A stretch of 64,000 nucleotides of DNA from Lytechinus pictus (lineage: Eukaryota). Location: NCBI RefSeq assembly GCF_037042905.1, contig NC_087252.1:25422001-25486000 (forward strand). The letters are read 5' to 3'. Both the position numbers and the translations under genes were made by a program. Below, in pieces: positions 24,928-39,300 of this stretch. The notes under the pieces were generated by a model. The model was not told where the DNA came from, made no database searches, and was given only the letters and a program-made list of their open reading frames with translations. Position 1 is the stretch's first letter. The number at the start of each line of letters is the position of its first letter.

Positions 24928-26551
24928 CTGCTGATGTTTAAGAGTGGCATAGCTCATTTTATATCCACCTGTGAAATATGATTTCGATGTCTAAAGTATG
25001 ATTTCAAGGGTCAAATTATAATTTAGGACAAGTTACAATGACAGTCAGAGGTCTAGTATGTCCAAAATTCCAAGAGGGCTTCCAAAAATGGAGCAAAAAA
25101 TGTCTGTCACTTATAAAAGGACATAGTTTGTTCAATATCTGTCTGGGGAATATGAGTTTGGTGTCTTAACCATGGTTTAAAGGTTCAAGTAATACACTAG
25201 GGTAAGTTACAAGAACAGTCAGTGGTCTGGTATGTTAAAAAAAATCTACGTTGGCTTCCAAAAGTTGGGTGTAAATCGACTGTTGTTACTTTAAAGCACA
25301 CTCAAACAGATATTAATGTTAGAGCCTTAGCCTTAACTGGGGATATTGTAATTTCAAATCCACAACTCAAATTGTTTTAATATGGTCTCTCTGGACATAA
25401 TCACCCTTTCCATTTCGCTTAACTAACTACACTTTTAAACTAAGCAAGTTCATCGATCTAAGTAGAGAAAATTAATGTCCATTGCTGCTCTCCTTTAGAA
25501 ATAAATACACTTGTGTTAGCAGAGAGGGGTGGCATGGGTATCATGGACAGCAAAAATTCCAAAAACACTCGAAAATTACTCAAAATCTGGCAATCTTCTC
25601 CCAATCCTTATCAAGTATGTTCTTAAATTCATTTACTAAAAAGCAGTAACTACCTCTTCTGAGAGACTTTTCCACACAACAATCAGTCAGATCTGTTTGC
25701 AACAAAAAAAATATATACGCACATCAAAACGTGAAAATCTTTTCAATGACCACTTGTTTTCCCACTATTCCTCAGACAGAAAAGCTCATAACTTGTTTCA
25801 TAGTAACCATGCATACATTTGTACAGATCAGTGATGTGTCCCTTTTTTCGTCTTTGACTGAGTGACCGCAATTTCAGATGGCGAAGTATGAATGAAAGTA
25901 TGTATCAAAGTGCTTAATACCTAAGATTTAGTGACTCTGCGTTGGGCACTCTCTAACCGCCTCTGCTCACCCAGCTTATACGCTGACCACGCAGCCTGAC
26001 CTTACTCAACTAAGGTGTATAAACGAATAATACACTTAAACAAAAGCTTGACAGAGGACTCATCCATATAATATCCAACAGTCGGTTATACTTTGTAACC
26101 ACTTGAGGAATGTGTTCCTTGAAGAAAGAAGCGAGTTTACTTGAACTAAATCTCTCTCACTCTCACATTCACGTAGAAAAACCGATTCTGAAACCCTTGG
26201 CAAAATGACTCTCGGAGTCAAACCTTCTTCTTCAGATCTTCAAACTGCTAATAATACAAATAAGGCCTATAGTTAGTCCTATATATGGTACTGAACTAAG
26301 TACATTCCTCAACTTAATCTTACGTTTAAAAAGTGTCAAGAGGTCGATACTTTCAAGTTCCCACTCCCTGATCATGTTTTCAATGAACTCATTAATATTT
26401 TGATAAAAAATGGCAAGAACATAAGAATCGAAATAGCACGTGTGTTTGAATTTAAGCTAGGGGACGCAGTGCATACATGCTCACTTGTTGCGTATGATTG
26501 GAATGGAGGGAAAATGATTCCATCATAAACAAAATTGCGCTCTGGGAGCAT

Positions 26552-26729
26552 TGCGCATGCGTGCGCCCATACAAGAAAATGTGATATTGTGATTGCTGTG
26601 TAAACTGACGATGACACGGGCATATGCATAAATATTCAGGGCTATGGCTAATTAAATTTGCAAACCCTAAACAATACCAGACAGATGGGGCAAGGTTATG
26701 CCGTCAGGATATGAGTCAATATGACGTCA
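26552..26729. promoter_or_regulatory. Candidate cis-regulatory cluster (NRF1-like, AP-1, CRE)
   Basis: TGCGCATGCG 26552-26561, TGAGTCA 26712-26718 and TGACGTCA 26722-26729 in non-repetitive, locally CpG-richer DNA. Motif matches only. Confidence 0.3.
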
Positions 26730-27579
26730 TTGGAGAGGTGGCTGCAAGGGCAAGTCCACACCCCCACCCACCCTTCCCTGCCAAAGTCAACCTTACTAGT
26801 CGATTATTTACCCCAAGTGTTAGTTCAACTGTTTCCCGAAGCGCACTAATTTTACTAATTATTGTTATCTGGGCCAGGTTCATTACGAATTTTTATCATT
26901 TTTTAATTTTTTTTAATTTACTTTTTCTATTTTTTTAAATATTTGATTGATTTATTGATTTATTTATTCATTCATTTATATTTTTTTCTTTATTTTATTT
27001 ATTTATTTATTTATTTTTTTTTTTTTTTGGGGGGGGGGGATATTTATGCCCATCCCAGTATAAAGAGATGGAGGACCATTTGTGAGTCGCTTGATAGGGT
27101 GCGGAGCAAAATGTAAGGCCAGAAAGGTTAATGGAAATTCTTTTTTTAAAAATGAAAATAAAAAATATGAAGTTTTTAAAAGGAAATAAAATTATCAGCT
27201 GATGGTATAGGTTTATATGTCAACCAACTTGAATTTTTATTTTTAAAGTGTATATAAGGTATAAAAAGGCGTATATACCCGCCTCCTCCATACACAAACA
27301 CGTCCTGCCTTGGGTTATAAACAATGTAATGCGACTCGCTAACCTCTCGCAGCTCGTACAACGTATCAGAAAATATAGGTGGTAACAAGCAATATTTCTT
27401 GACCATTTCAAATAATTAAAGATCAAGTCCAACTCAGAAGAATGTTCACTTGAATCAATCAAGCATAACGCTGAAAATCTACAATGCTATTTTAACCTGC
27501 TTACAGAAATGCTGTAAGCATTGTTGGTATCTAGGTGTGCACTTGTTGAAAAAAGAGATCATTACTTCTTTTTTGTTTA

Positions 27580-28310
27580 ATAATAATAATAATAGATGCA
27601 ATTTATAAGGCGCCAAATCCATTAAAAATATAATGCTCAAGGCGCACAGGTGAAAAAGTGAAAATAGTGAGAAAAAATAGCGTATATTGAGGTGAAAAAT
27701 AATATTGGTTAATCATGTGTATGCAGCATTGTACAAGTATGTTTTCAGTCTTTTTTTAAATAATTCTACAGACTTGGTGTCACGGATAACAAGAGGAAGA
27801 GAGTTCCAGAGTGAAGGACCCGCATGTATGAAAGCCCTATCCCCCCATTTTGATGTACATTTGGGAACAAATAGAAATCCTGAGTTTTGGGACCGTAAAG
27901 ATCGAGAAGGGGTATATCTATTAATGAGGGTGATATTGTACTGTGGAGCGGTGCCGTGCACACAGTGATAAACAAGCAAAATAATTTTGAATATTACACG
28001 ATCACTAATTTGCAACCAGTGCAGATCTTTAAGTACAGGGGTGATGTGGCTTGATTTGGTACTCAATGATATTATACGAGCAGCAGCATTCTGAAGTTTC
28101 TGTAAACGTGTTAATTGAGATTTGGGAAGGTTGAACAGTAGGGCATTGCCAAAATCAAGTCTAGATGATATTAAAGCATGTACAATCTTCTCTGTGGCGT
28201 TACGGGTCAGGTATTTACGTATGAAACCAAGGTTACGTAACTGGTAACGGACAGATTTGCAAACATGTTGAATATGAGAAGACATAGTCATTGTTTGAGT
28301 TAAACAATAT
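27580..28310 (-). mobile_element. 5'-truncated L2-clade LINE (ORF2 C-terminus + 3' tail)
   Basis: ORF 28291-27713 contains LISSRLDFGNALL, LQKLQNAAAR, HITPVLKDLHWL, GDRAF...GPSLWNSLP and FKKRLKTYL; the 3' tail is GCGCCTTATAAAT...(ATT)n. Confidence 0.9.
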
Positions 28311-28849
28311 TTAAATTCTTACACATTTTATGATAAGAACCAACTTGAATGAAACATAAAATGTTGAACAATGGTAATTCCACATGTTAAGTAGAAGTAA
28401 AACTTTTGTCACAGGACAATGAGGAGAGAATAAAAAAAAATCATATGTCATATGATAAAATGTAAAAGAAATAGTGAGTAACGTCATCAGTTCCCTTATT
28501 TGCATACCGACTATGATGTGCATATAACTATTTTGTTAAATCAAGTTGAACTTAAAAATGTCCTAACTTTTAAAAAGAAAAAAAAGCCTCATGTCTGCTT
28601 ACCCATTAACTTCACACACCATTCGGGGATTTTGACAGTGGCTGAAATTTGAGGCCGTAACATGAAATGCCTGAAATTTAATAAATTTTTCCCACCACTT
28701 TGAGTCAGACCGTTCAATAATTATTTGTATAGATATGTGTATCGCAGGTGTACAGTTCATAGGCGGATCCAGGGGGGGGGGGGCGCACTGCCGAGCGGCG
28801 CACAAATTTTTGCACTTCACCGGCGCCATAAAAGAAAACGTTGAAAAAG

Positions 28850-28858
<9 letters not shown>

Positions 28859-28916
<58 letters not shown>

Positions 28917-28936
28917 TATATACGTATATATATATA
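28859..28936. repeat. (TA)n microsatellite
   Basis: Direct reading. Confidence 0.95.
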
Positions 28937-28939
28937 TGA

Positions 28940-30020
28940 CTCATGAGATAGAGACACATATCTCACCAACAAATTAATGCGAGCGCGGAGCGCGAGCTGA
29001 AATTTTTATAGTATACTGACCTGAAAAAGGTGCCTGTTTAGGACTGTTTGTAGTAACTCATGAGGAGGATACATATCTCACTACACAGATAATGCGAGTG
29101 CCGAGGGCGAGCTAAAATTTCTTTATATTCTGACCAGAAAGTTTTATTTTCTAAGCATATTGGTACCAATTATTAAGATGGGTATCTAAAAAAAAACAAT
29201 AGATGCGAGCGCGAAGCGCGAGCTTAAAATTTCGATATTCCGATCTGAAAAATGACAGTTTAATGGACGTTTTTAATAGAGAACAAGATTATATCCAACA
29301 AAATATTATTGCAAATCGAAGCGGGAGTTCTTTTGATTAGAACTGAAAACGGGACATTCTATTCACATATATTTAATCATAAAAAAGTATGGGGTTTTGC
29401 TACAGAAATGATGCGAGCGCGAAGCGCGAGCTGAAAATTTTTATATTCCAATCTGAAAAGCGGACAATTTGCACGATTTTAAATAAAGAACGAGTTGTGT
29501 AGCTCTATCTCACTTGCTGATTTCTGTGTAACATTACCATCTTATTTTATTTTTGCACATGCGGAACTATTGTGGAAGGGCAAAACGATATGTTTGCCCC
29601 CTAACCCAATATTTTCATTATATAATAATAATATTCCGCATTTATATAGCGCTTAATACATCGGAACGACGTCTCTAAGCGCTTTACAGACATATTATTA
29701 CCCCGGTCATCGGATCCTTGCCGCGCCCGCATACAATGTATGTACCTTCTCCACTCCCTGGGGAGCATTCCAACAAGAGTTCCAAGACTCAATTGCTAAG
29801 CGTACTACATATAGGCTTTCACATCCTACCGGGTACCCATTTAACACCTGGGTGGAGAGTGGCAAAGTGTGGATTAACGCCTTGCCAAAGGACGCTAGGC
29901 CATGGTGGGATTCGAACACACGACCCTCTGATTACAAGGCGAGAGTCAGAACCGCTACACCACGGCGCTTCCATTGGTGGGGCGATCGCCCCCTGCCCCC
30001 CCCCCGGATCGACACCACTG
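28940..30020. mobile_element. Partial TIR element with AATGCGAGCGCGAAGCGCGAGC ~120-bp subrepeats
   Basis: Same subrepeat core as 3507-7126; right end GGATCGACACCACTG; left end not found; interrupted by a SINE. Confidence 0.55.
29620..29971 (-). mobile_element. tRNA-derived SINE with L2-like 3' tail
   Basis: Minus strand: A box TGGTGTAGCGG, B box GTTCGAATCC, body CACCCAGGTGTTAAATGGGTACC, tail AAGCGCTATATAAATGCGGAAT(ATT)n; CATT on both flanks. Confidence 0.85.
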
Positions 30021-30302
30021 AATATACAATGATACTACAAGTCATCATGAATCATTTGTAATACATCACCAATCCAGGTTTATATATTATCATTCAATTT
30101 TCATGTACAGATGATGTTTAGGCCTATATACAGAATTATACATTGGTGGGGCGATCGCCCCCTGCCCCCCCCCCCGGATCGACGCCACTGAATATACAAT
30201 GATACTACAAGTCATCATAAATCATTTGTAATACATCACCAATCCAGGTTTATATATTATCATTCAATTTTCATGTACAGATGATGTTTAGGCCTATATA
30301 CA
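29972..30302 (+). repeat. Tandem duplication of ~170 bp immediately left of the array
   Basis: CATTGGTGGGGCGATCGCCCCC...GGCCTATATACA at 29972-30132 and 30141-30302. Confidence 0.9.
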
Positions 30303-30305
30303 TAA

Positions 30306-33300
30306 TTGCATTGACGCCCAATGGCGACAATGCATTGTTCTTGTTCCGTATTCCTATTCCGTCGTCTTCTTCTTTGCATTGACGCCCAATGGCGACGATG
30401 CATTGTTCTTGTTCCGTATTCCTATTCCGTCGTCTTCTTCTTCTTCCACCAAATCCCATTTGTTTAACACATGGTTTTTGTTAGCTCTACCCTGGCTCCG
30501 TCCCTCATCCAAATTCATCCAAACTTTGTAGACATGTTGTCCAGCATCCCTAGTTGTGCACCTCGTCTTCTTTTTTTCCAAAATCACTCATGCATGACCA
30601 TTAAGGCGCCATTTTGTAAATTTCAAGTCCATTTGCATACCATTACTAATCTCGTCCTAACTCCCGCATCCTGCATGCTACATACTTCTAACAAATTGCT
30701 CTAGATAGTCAAAGAGTTGCTCCATCATTTGCGACGTATAACCTGACCTTTGAAATGCCATCTTCATGCCCTAAATTCAAATCCGAAATAGCCTTCCTTC
30801 AAAAACCTCATATTTATTGAAATGTAAAGTCAAAAAGTCGTAAAATGGCCATAACTTTTTAGTTTTTATTCAATTGGAGCTCATATTTTCAGGAATCAAT
30901 ACTGGCAATGGATCATACATACGAGTCAGTTTTCACGCATCACTGAATTTCCGGTATTGAAAAAGCGCCCTCTAAAGTTTCAGAAACGCTTACCTTTGAA
31001 TGCTCCTCATTGCGTCATGCATGGCCAAACCCGTACCCTTTTTTAGATTTAGGGTGTTCAAGATATGCCCTTTCATGCCATTTAGAAAAATATATACCTT
31101 ACCACTGACGAAATATCTGAAAAATGCTCCCGAAAATCAGCAAAATACACAAAAATGCACTATACTGCCAGCACAACTTCAACTTGCTCTTATTTCCTTA
31201 TTATTAAAGTTTATCCTTTCTAACTTGGCAGATATGAGTATTGATATATACTTTAACCGTCGTCAACCTTTTGTGACAGAAAGTGACATAGAGCTGACGT
31301 CAGCTTAAAATTATTGTGCAAAACTGTCATTTTTAATGTCTTTCTTTGTATGGCATTTACTTCCGGTCTAATGCTTGCGCACAAATAAAAGTGGTATCAA
31401 TGTCTCCGCGTTGAAATGCTCTATCCAGTGATATCAAATACGACATAGGTTACAACAGAAAATTTCAAGATAAGCCAATCTGAACACATGGTATACTACT
31501 GACAATGCACACATTATCAACAACAGAATTGTACACAATGTCTATGGCATAACGTATTATGCATGCACATCGTTCTGCTATGTACTTTACACTGAGTTAC
31601 GTTAATGAACTGTCAGGGAAATTTGTATGCTTATTCATATCACTCTCTGTGTCTTTCTCTCCCTTCTCTCTCTTTTTTGAGCGGCAATATGATCTAAAAA
31701 TGGACGAAATCTGTTTGACTCGAGAATGTAACTTCCTATGGAGGGCAAAATGTACCAAAATCCACTTTGATTAACATGTAGTTTTTATTAGTCCTCCCCT
31801 GCCTCCGCTCCTCATCGAAATTCATTCCGATTTGGTAGACATGTTGTGCATGATGCATTATTGTGTACCTCTTATTTCATTGTCTAAAATCATTCATGCA
31901 TGACAGTGCATGTGTCATTTTGAGTGAGTGACATCATCATCTCTCTCATTTGGATGTAACTGGCTCGTTCATATAACTATTTTGTTAGAAATAAGCGAAA
32001 CTTTGAAATGTCATAACTTTCTTATTGTACATCCGATTTTGATGAAATTTTCAGCATTGAGCTTGTTGCATTGACGCCCAACGGCGACAATGCATTGTTC
32101 TTGTTCCGTATTCCTATTCCGTCGTCTTCTTCTTTGCATTGACGCCCACTGGCGACAATGCATTGTTCTTGTTCCGTATTCCTATTCCGTCGTCTTCTTC
32201 TTTGCATTGACGCCCACTGGCGACAATGCATTGTTCTTGTTCCGTATTCCTATTCCGTCGTCTTCTTCTTCTTTGCATTGACGCCCAATGGCGACAATGC
32301 ATTGTTCTTGTTCCGTATTCCTATTCCGTCGTCTTCTTCTTCTTCTTCTTCCACCAAATCCCATTTGTTTAACACATGGTTTTTGTTAGCTCTACCCTGG
32401 CTCCGTCCCTCATCCAAATTCATCCAAACTTTGTAGACATGTTGTCCAGCATCCCTAGTTGTGCACCTCGTCTTCCATTTTCCAAAATCACTCATGCATG
32501 ACAAACAAGGCGCCATTTTGTAAATTTCAAGTCCATTTGCATACCATTACTAATCTCGTCCTAATTCCCACATCCTGCATGTTACAGACTTCTAACAAAT
32601 TGCTCTAGATAGTCAAGGAGTTGCTCCATCATTTGCGACGTATAACCTGACCTTCAAAATGCCATCTTCATGCCGTAAATTTAAATCCGAAATAGCCTTC
32701 CTTCAAAAACTTCATATTTATTGAAATGTAAAGTCAAAAAATCGTAAAATGGCCATAACTTTCTTGTTTTTATTTAATTCAAGCTCATATTTTCAGGAAT
32801 TAATACTTGCAACATATCATACATACGAGTCAGTTTTCACGCATCACTGAATTTTCGTTACTGAAATAGCGCCCTCTAAAGTTTCAAAAACGCTTATCTT
32901 TGAATGCTCCTCATTTCGTCATGCATGGCCAAACCCGTACCCTTTTTTAGATTTAGGGTGTTCAAGATATGCCCTTTCATGCCATTTAGAAAAAAATATA
33001 CCTTACCACTGACGAAATATCTGAAAAATGCTCCCGAAAATCAGCAAAATACGCAAAAATGCACTATAATGCCAGCACAACTTGAACTTGCTCTTATTTC
33101 CTTATATTGAAGTTTATCCTTTCTAACTTGGCAGATATGAGTATTGATATATACTTCAACCGTTCGTTAACCTTTTGTGACCGAAACTGACATAGAGCTG
33201 ACGTCAGCTCAAAATTATTGTGCAAAACTGTCATTTTTAATGTCTTTCTATATATGGCATTTACTTCCGGTCTATTGCTTGTGCAAAAATAAAAGTGGTA

Positions 33301-36300
33301 TCAATGTCACCGCATTGGAATGCCCTATCCAGTGATACCAAATACGACATAGGTTACAACAGAAAATTTCAAGATAAGCCAATCTGAACACATGGTTTAC
33401 TACTCACAGTGCACACATTATCAACAACAGAATTGTACACAATGTCTATGGCATAACGTATTATGCATGCACATCGTTCTGCTATGTACTTTACACTGAG
33501 TTACGTTAATGAACTGTCAGGGAAATGTGTATGCTTATTCATATTACTCTCTGTGTCTTTCTCTCCCTTCTCTCTCTTTTATTTGAGCGGCCATATGGTC
33601 TAAAAATGGCCCAATGGATGAAATCCTTTTGACTTGAGAATGTAACTTCCTATGGAGGGCAAAATGTACCAAAATCCACTTTGATTAACATGTAATTTTT
33701 GTTAGTCCTCCCCTGCCTCCGCTCCTCATCCAAATTCATTCCGATTTGGTAGACATGTTGTCCATGATGCATTATTGTGTATCTCTTATTTCATTTTCTA
33801 AAATCATTCATGCATGACAGTACATGCACCATTTTGAGTGAGTGACATCATCATCTCTCTCATTTGGATGTAACTGGCTCGTTCATATAACTCTTTTGTT
33901 AAAAATAAGCGAAACTTTGAAATGTCATAACTTTCTTTTTTTACATCCGATTTTGATGAAATTTTCAGCATTGTGCTTCCGAAATAGCCTTCCTTCAAAA
34001 ACTTCATATTTATTGAAATGTAAAGTCAAAAAATCGTAAAATGGCCATAACTTTCTTGTTTTTATTTAATTCAAGCTCATATTTTCAGGAATTAATACTT
34101 GCAACATATCATACATACGAGTCAGTTTTCACGCATCACTGAATTTTCGTTACTGAAATAGCGCCCTCTAAAGTTTCAAAAACGCTTATCTTTCAATGCT
34201 CCTCATTGCGTCATGCATGGCCGAACCCGTACCCTTTTTTAGATTTAGGGTGTTCAAGATATGCCCTTTCATGCCATTTAGAAAAAAATATACCTTACCA
34301 CTGACGAAATATCTGAAAAATGCTCCCGAAAATCAGCAAAATACGCAAAAATGCACTATAATGCCAGCACAACTTGAACTTGCTCTTATTTCCTTATTAT
34401 TGAAGTTTATCCTTTCTAACTTGGCAGATATGAGTATTGATATATACTTCAACCGTTCGTTAACCTTTTGTGACCGAAACTGACATAGAGCTGACGTCAG
34501 CTCAAAATTATTGTGCAAAACTGTCATTTTTAATGTCTTTCTTTATATGGCATTTAGTTCCGGTCTATTGCTTGTGCAAAAATAAAAGTGGTATCAATGT
34601 CACCGCATTGGAATGCCCTATCCAGTGATACCAAATACGACATAGGTTACAACAGAAAATTTCAAGATAAGCCAATCTGAACACATGGTATACTACTCAG
34701 AATGCACACATTATCAACAACAGAATTGTACACAATGTCTATGGCATAACGTATTATGCATGCACATCGTTCTGCTATGTACTTTACACTGAGTTACGTT
34801 AATGAACTGTCAGGGAAATGTGTATGCTTATCCATATCATTCCGATTTGGTAGACATGTTGTCCATGATGCATTATTGTGTACCTCTTTTTTCATTTTCT
34901 AAAATCATTCATGCATGACAGTGCATGCACCATTTTGAGTGAGTGACATCATCATCTCTCTCATTTGCATGTAACTGGCTCGTTCATAATTAAAACTATT
35001 TTGTTAGAAATAAGCGAAACTTTCAAATGTCATAACTTTCTTATTTTAAATCCGATTTTGATGAAATTTTCAGCATTGCGCTTGTCTGATTTTTCCCTAT
35101 TGATTCAAATCAACATTTTTCTGAGGTAGACTTGACCTTTCAATCAGACGCGTCAATGCATGCACATCGTTCTGAAACGATTGCAGTTCTAGTTGCATTG
35201 ACGCCCAATGGCGACAATGCATTGTTCTTGTTCCGTATTCCTATTCCGTCGTCTTCTTCTTCTTCTTCCACAAAATCCCATTTGTTTAACACATGGTTTT
35301 TGTTAGCTCTACCCTGGCTCCGTCCCTCATCCAAATTCATCCAAACTTTGTAGACATGTTGTCCAGCATCCCTAGTTGTGCACCTCGTCTTCTTTTTTCC
35401 AAAATCACTCATGCATGACCATCCAGGCGCCATTTTGTAAATTTCAAGCCATTTGCATACCATTACTAATCTCGTCCTAACTCCCGCATCCTGCATGCTA
35501 CAGACTTCTAACAAATTGCTATAGATAGTCAAAGAGTTGCTCGATCATCTGCGATGCATAACCTGACCTTCAAAATGCCATCTTCATGCCCTAAATTCAA
35601 ATCCGAAATAGCCTTCCTTCAAAAACGTCATATTTATTGAAATGTAAAGTAAAAAAATCGTAAAATGGCCATAACTTTCTTGTTTTTATTCATTTCGAGC
35701 TCATATTTTCAGGAATTGATACTGGTACCATATCATACATAGGAATCAGTTTTTACGCATCACTGAATTTCCGTTACTGAAATAGCGCCCTCTAAAGTTT
35801 CAAAAACGCTTATCTTTGAATGCTCCTCATTGCGTCATGCATGGCCAAACCCGTACCCTTTTTTAGATTTAGGGTGTTCAAGATATGCCCTTTCATGCCA
35901 TTTAGAAAAAAATATACCTTACCACTGACGAAATATCTGAAAAATGCTCCCGAAAATCAGCAAAATACGCAAAAATGCACTATAATGCCAGCACAACTTC
36001 AACTTGCTCTTATTTCCTTATTATTGAAGCTTATCCTTTCTAACTTGGCAGATATGAGTATTGATATATACTTCAACCGTTCGTCAACCTTTTGTAACAG
36101 AAACTGACAAAAATCTGACGTCAGCTTAAAATTATTGTGCAAAACCTTCATTTTTCATGTCTTTCTTTATATGGCATTTACTTCCGGTCTATTGCTTGCG
36201 CACAAATAAAAGTGGTATCAATGTCACCGCATTGGAATGCTCTTTCCAGTGATACCAAATACGACATAGGTTACAACAGAAAATTTCAAGATAAATCAAT

Positions 36301-39300
36301 CTGAACACATGGTATACTGCTCACAATGCACACATTATCAACAACAGAATTGTACACAATGTCTATGGGATCGGTTTCACGCAAAAACGAACTTAACCTA
36401 TGGGGTGCAATGTGGTCTAAAATGGTTGACTCGAGAATGTAGCTTCCTATGGAGTGCAAAATCTGCCAAAATCCAATTTGATTAACATGTAATTTTTGTT
36501 AGTCCTCCCCTGCCTCCGCTCCTCATCCAAATTCATTCCGATTTGGTAGACATGTTGTCCATGATGCATTATTGTGTACCTCTTATTTCATTTTCTAAAA
36601 TCATTCATGCATGACAGTGCATGCACCATTTTGAGTGAGTGACATCATCATCTCTCTCATTTGGATGTAACTGGCTCGTTCATATAACTATTTTGTTAAA
36701 AATAAGCGAAACTTTGAAATGTCATAACTTTCTTATTTTACATCCGATTTTGATGAAATTTTCAGCATTGTGCTTGTCTGATTTTTCCCTATTGATTCTA
36801 ATCAAGATTTTTCTGAGGTAAACTTGACCTTTCAATCAGACGCGTCAATGCATGCACATCGTTCGGAAACGATTGCAGTTCTAGTCTTCTTCTTCTTCTT
36901 CTTCCACAAAATCCCATTTGTTTAACACATGGTTTTTGTTAGCTCTGCCCTGGCTTTGTCCCTCATCCAAATTCATCCAAACTTTGTAGACATGTTGTCC
37001 AGCATCCCTAGTTGTGCCCCTTGTCTTTCTTTTTCCAAAATCACTCATGCATGACCATCTAGGCGCCATTTTGTAAATTTCAAGTCCATTTGCATACCAT
37101 TACTAATCTCGTCCTAACTCCCGCATCCTGCATGCTACAAACTTCTAACAAATTGCTATAGATAGTCAAAGGGTTGCTCCATCATCTGCGACGTATAACC
37201 TGACCTTCAAAATGCCATCTTCATGCCCTAAATTCAAATCCGAAATAGCCTTCCTTCAAAAACGTCACATTTATTGAAATGTAAAGTCAAAAAATCGTAA
37301 AATGGCCATAACTTTATTGTTTTTATTCATTTCGAGCTCATATTTTTAGGAATTGATACTGGTACCATATCATACTTACGACTTAGTTTTCACGCATCAC
37401 TGAATTTCCGTTACTGAAATAGCGCCCTCTAAAGTTTCAAAAACGCTTATCTTTGAATGCTCCTCATTTCGTCATGCATGGCCAAACCCGTACCCTTTTT
37501 TAGATTTAGGGTGTTCAAGATATGCTCTTTCATGCCATTTAGAAAAATATATACCTTACCGCTGACAAAATATCTGAAAAATGCTCCCGAAAATCAGCAA
37601 AATACGCAAAAATGCACTATAATGCCAGCACAACTTCAACTTGCTCTTATTTCCTTATTATTGAAGCTTATCCTTTCTAACTTGGCAGATATGAGTATTG
37701 ATATATACTTCAACCGTTCGTCAACCTTTTGTAACAGAAACTGACAAAAATCTGACGTCAGCTTAAAATTATTGTGCAAAACCTTCATTTTTAATGTTTT
37801 TCTTTATATGGCATTTACTTCCGGTCTATTGCTTGAGCACAAATAAAAGGGGTATCAATGTCACCGCATTTGAATGCTCTTTCCAGTGATACCAAATATG
37901 ACATAGGTTACAACAGAAAATTTCAAGATAAGCCAATCTGAACACATGGTATACTACTCAGAATGCACACATTATCAACAACAGAATTGTACACAATGTC
38001 TATGGCATAACGTATTATGCATGCACATCGTTCTGCTATGTACTTTACACTGAGTTACGTTAATGAACTGTCAGGGAAATGTGTATGCTTATCCATATCA
38101 TTCCGATTTGGTAGACATGTTGTCCATGATGCATTATTGTGTACCTCTTTTTTCATTTTCTAAAATCATTCATGCATGACAGTGCATGCACCATTTTGAG
38201 TGAGTGACATCATCATCTCTCTCATTTGCATGTAACTGGCTCGTTCATAATTAGAACTATTTTGTTAGAAATAAGCGAAACTTTGAAATGTCATAACTTT
38301 CTTATTTTAAATCCGATTTTGATGAAATTTTCAGCATTGCGCTTGTCTGATTTTTCCCTATTGATTCAAATCAACATTTTTCTGAGGTAGACTTGACCTT
38401 TCAATCAGACGCGTCAATGCATGCACATCGTTCTGAAACGATTGCAGTTCTAGTTGCATTGACGCCCAACGGCGACAATGCATTGTTCTTGTTCCGTATT
38501 CCTATTCCGTCGTCTTCTTCTTCTTCTTCCACAAAATCCCATTTGTTTAACACATGGTTTTTGTTAGCTCTGCCCTGGCTCCGTCCCTCATCCAAATTCA
38601 TCCAAACTTGGTAGACATGTTGTCCAGCATCTCTAGTTGTGCACCTCGTCTTCCATTTTCCAAAATCGCTCATGCATGACCATCAAGGCGCCATTTTGTA
38701 AATTTCAAGTCCATTTGCATACCATTACTAATCTCGTCCTAACTCCCGCATCCTGCATGCTACAAACTTCTAACAAATTGCTATAGATAGTCAAAGAGTT
38801 GCTCCATCATCTGCGACGTATAACCTGACCTTCAAAATGCCATCTTCATGCCCTAAATTCAAATCCGAAATAGCCTTCCTTCAAAAACTTCATATTTATT
38901 GAAATGCAAAGTCAAAAAATCGTAAAATGGCCATAACTTCCTTGTTTTCATTTAATTAATGCTCATATTTTCAGGAATTGATACTGGCACCATATCATAC
39001 AAACGAGTCAGTTTTCACGCATCATTGATCTTCCGGTATTGAAATAGCGCCCTCTAAAGTTTCAAAAACGCTTACCTTTGAATGCTCGTCATTGCGTCAT
39101 GCATGGCCAAACCCGTACCCTTTTTCAAATTTAGGGTGTTCAAGATATGCCCTTTCATGCCATTTAGAAAAATATATACCTTACTGCTGACGAAATATCT
39201 GAAAAATGCTCCCGAAAATCAGCAAAATACGCAAAAATGCAATATAATGCCAGCACAACTTCAACTTGCTCTTATTTCCTTATTATTGAAGCTTATCCTT

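Noticed and set aside
29900..29971. tRNA gene
   Set aside because: A and B boxes are present, but the sequence continues into a SINE body and (ATT)n tail, so it is a SINE head.
32066..32350. Hairpin-containing ~65-bp repeats as CRISPR or ncRNA array
   Set aside because: They are stacked 5' modules of the Helentron-like unit separated only by (TCT)n.
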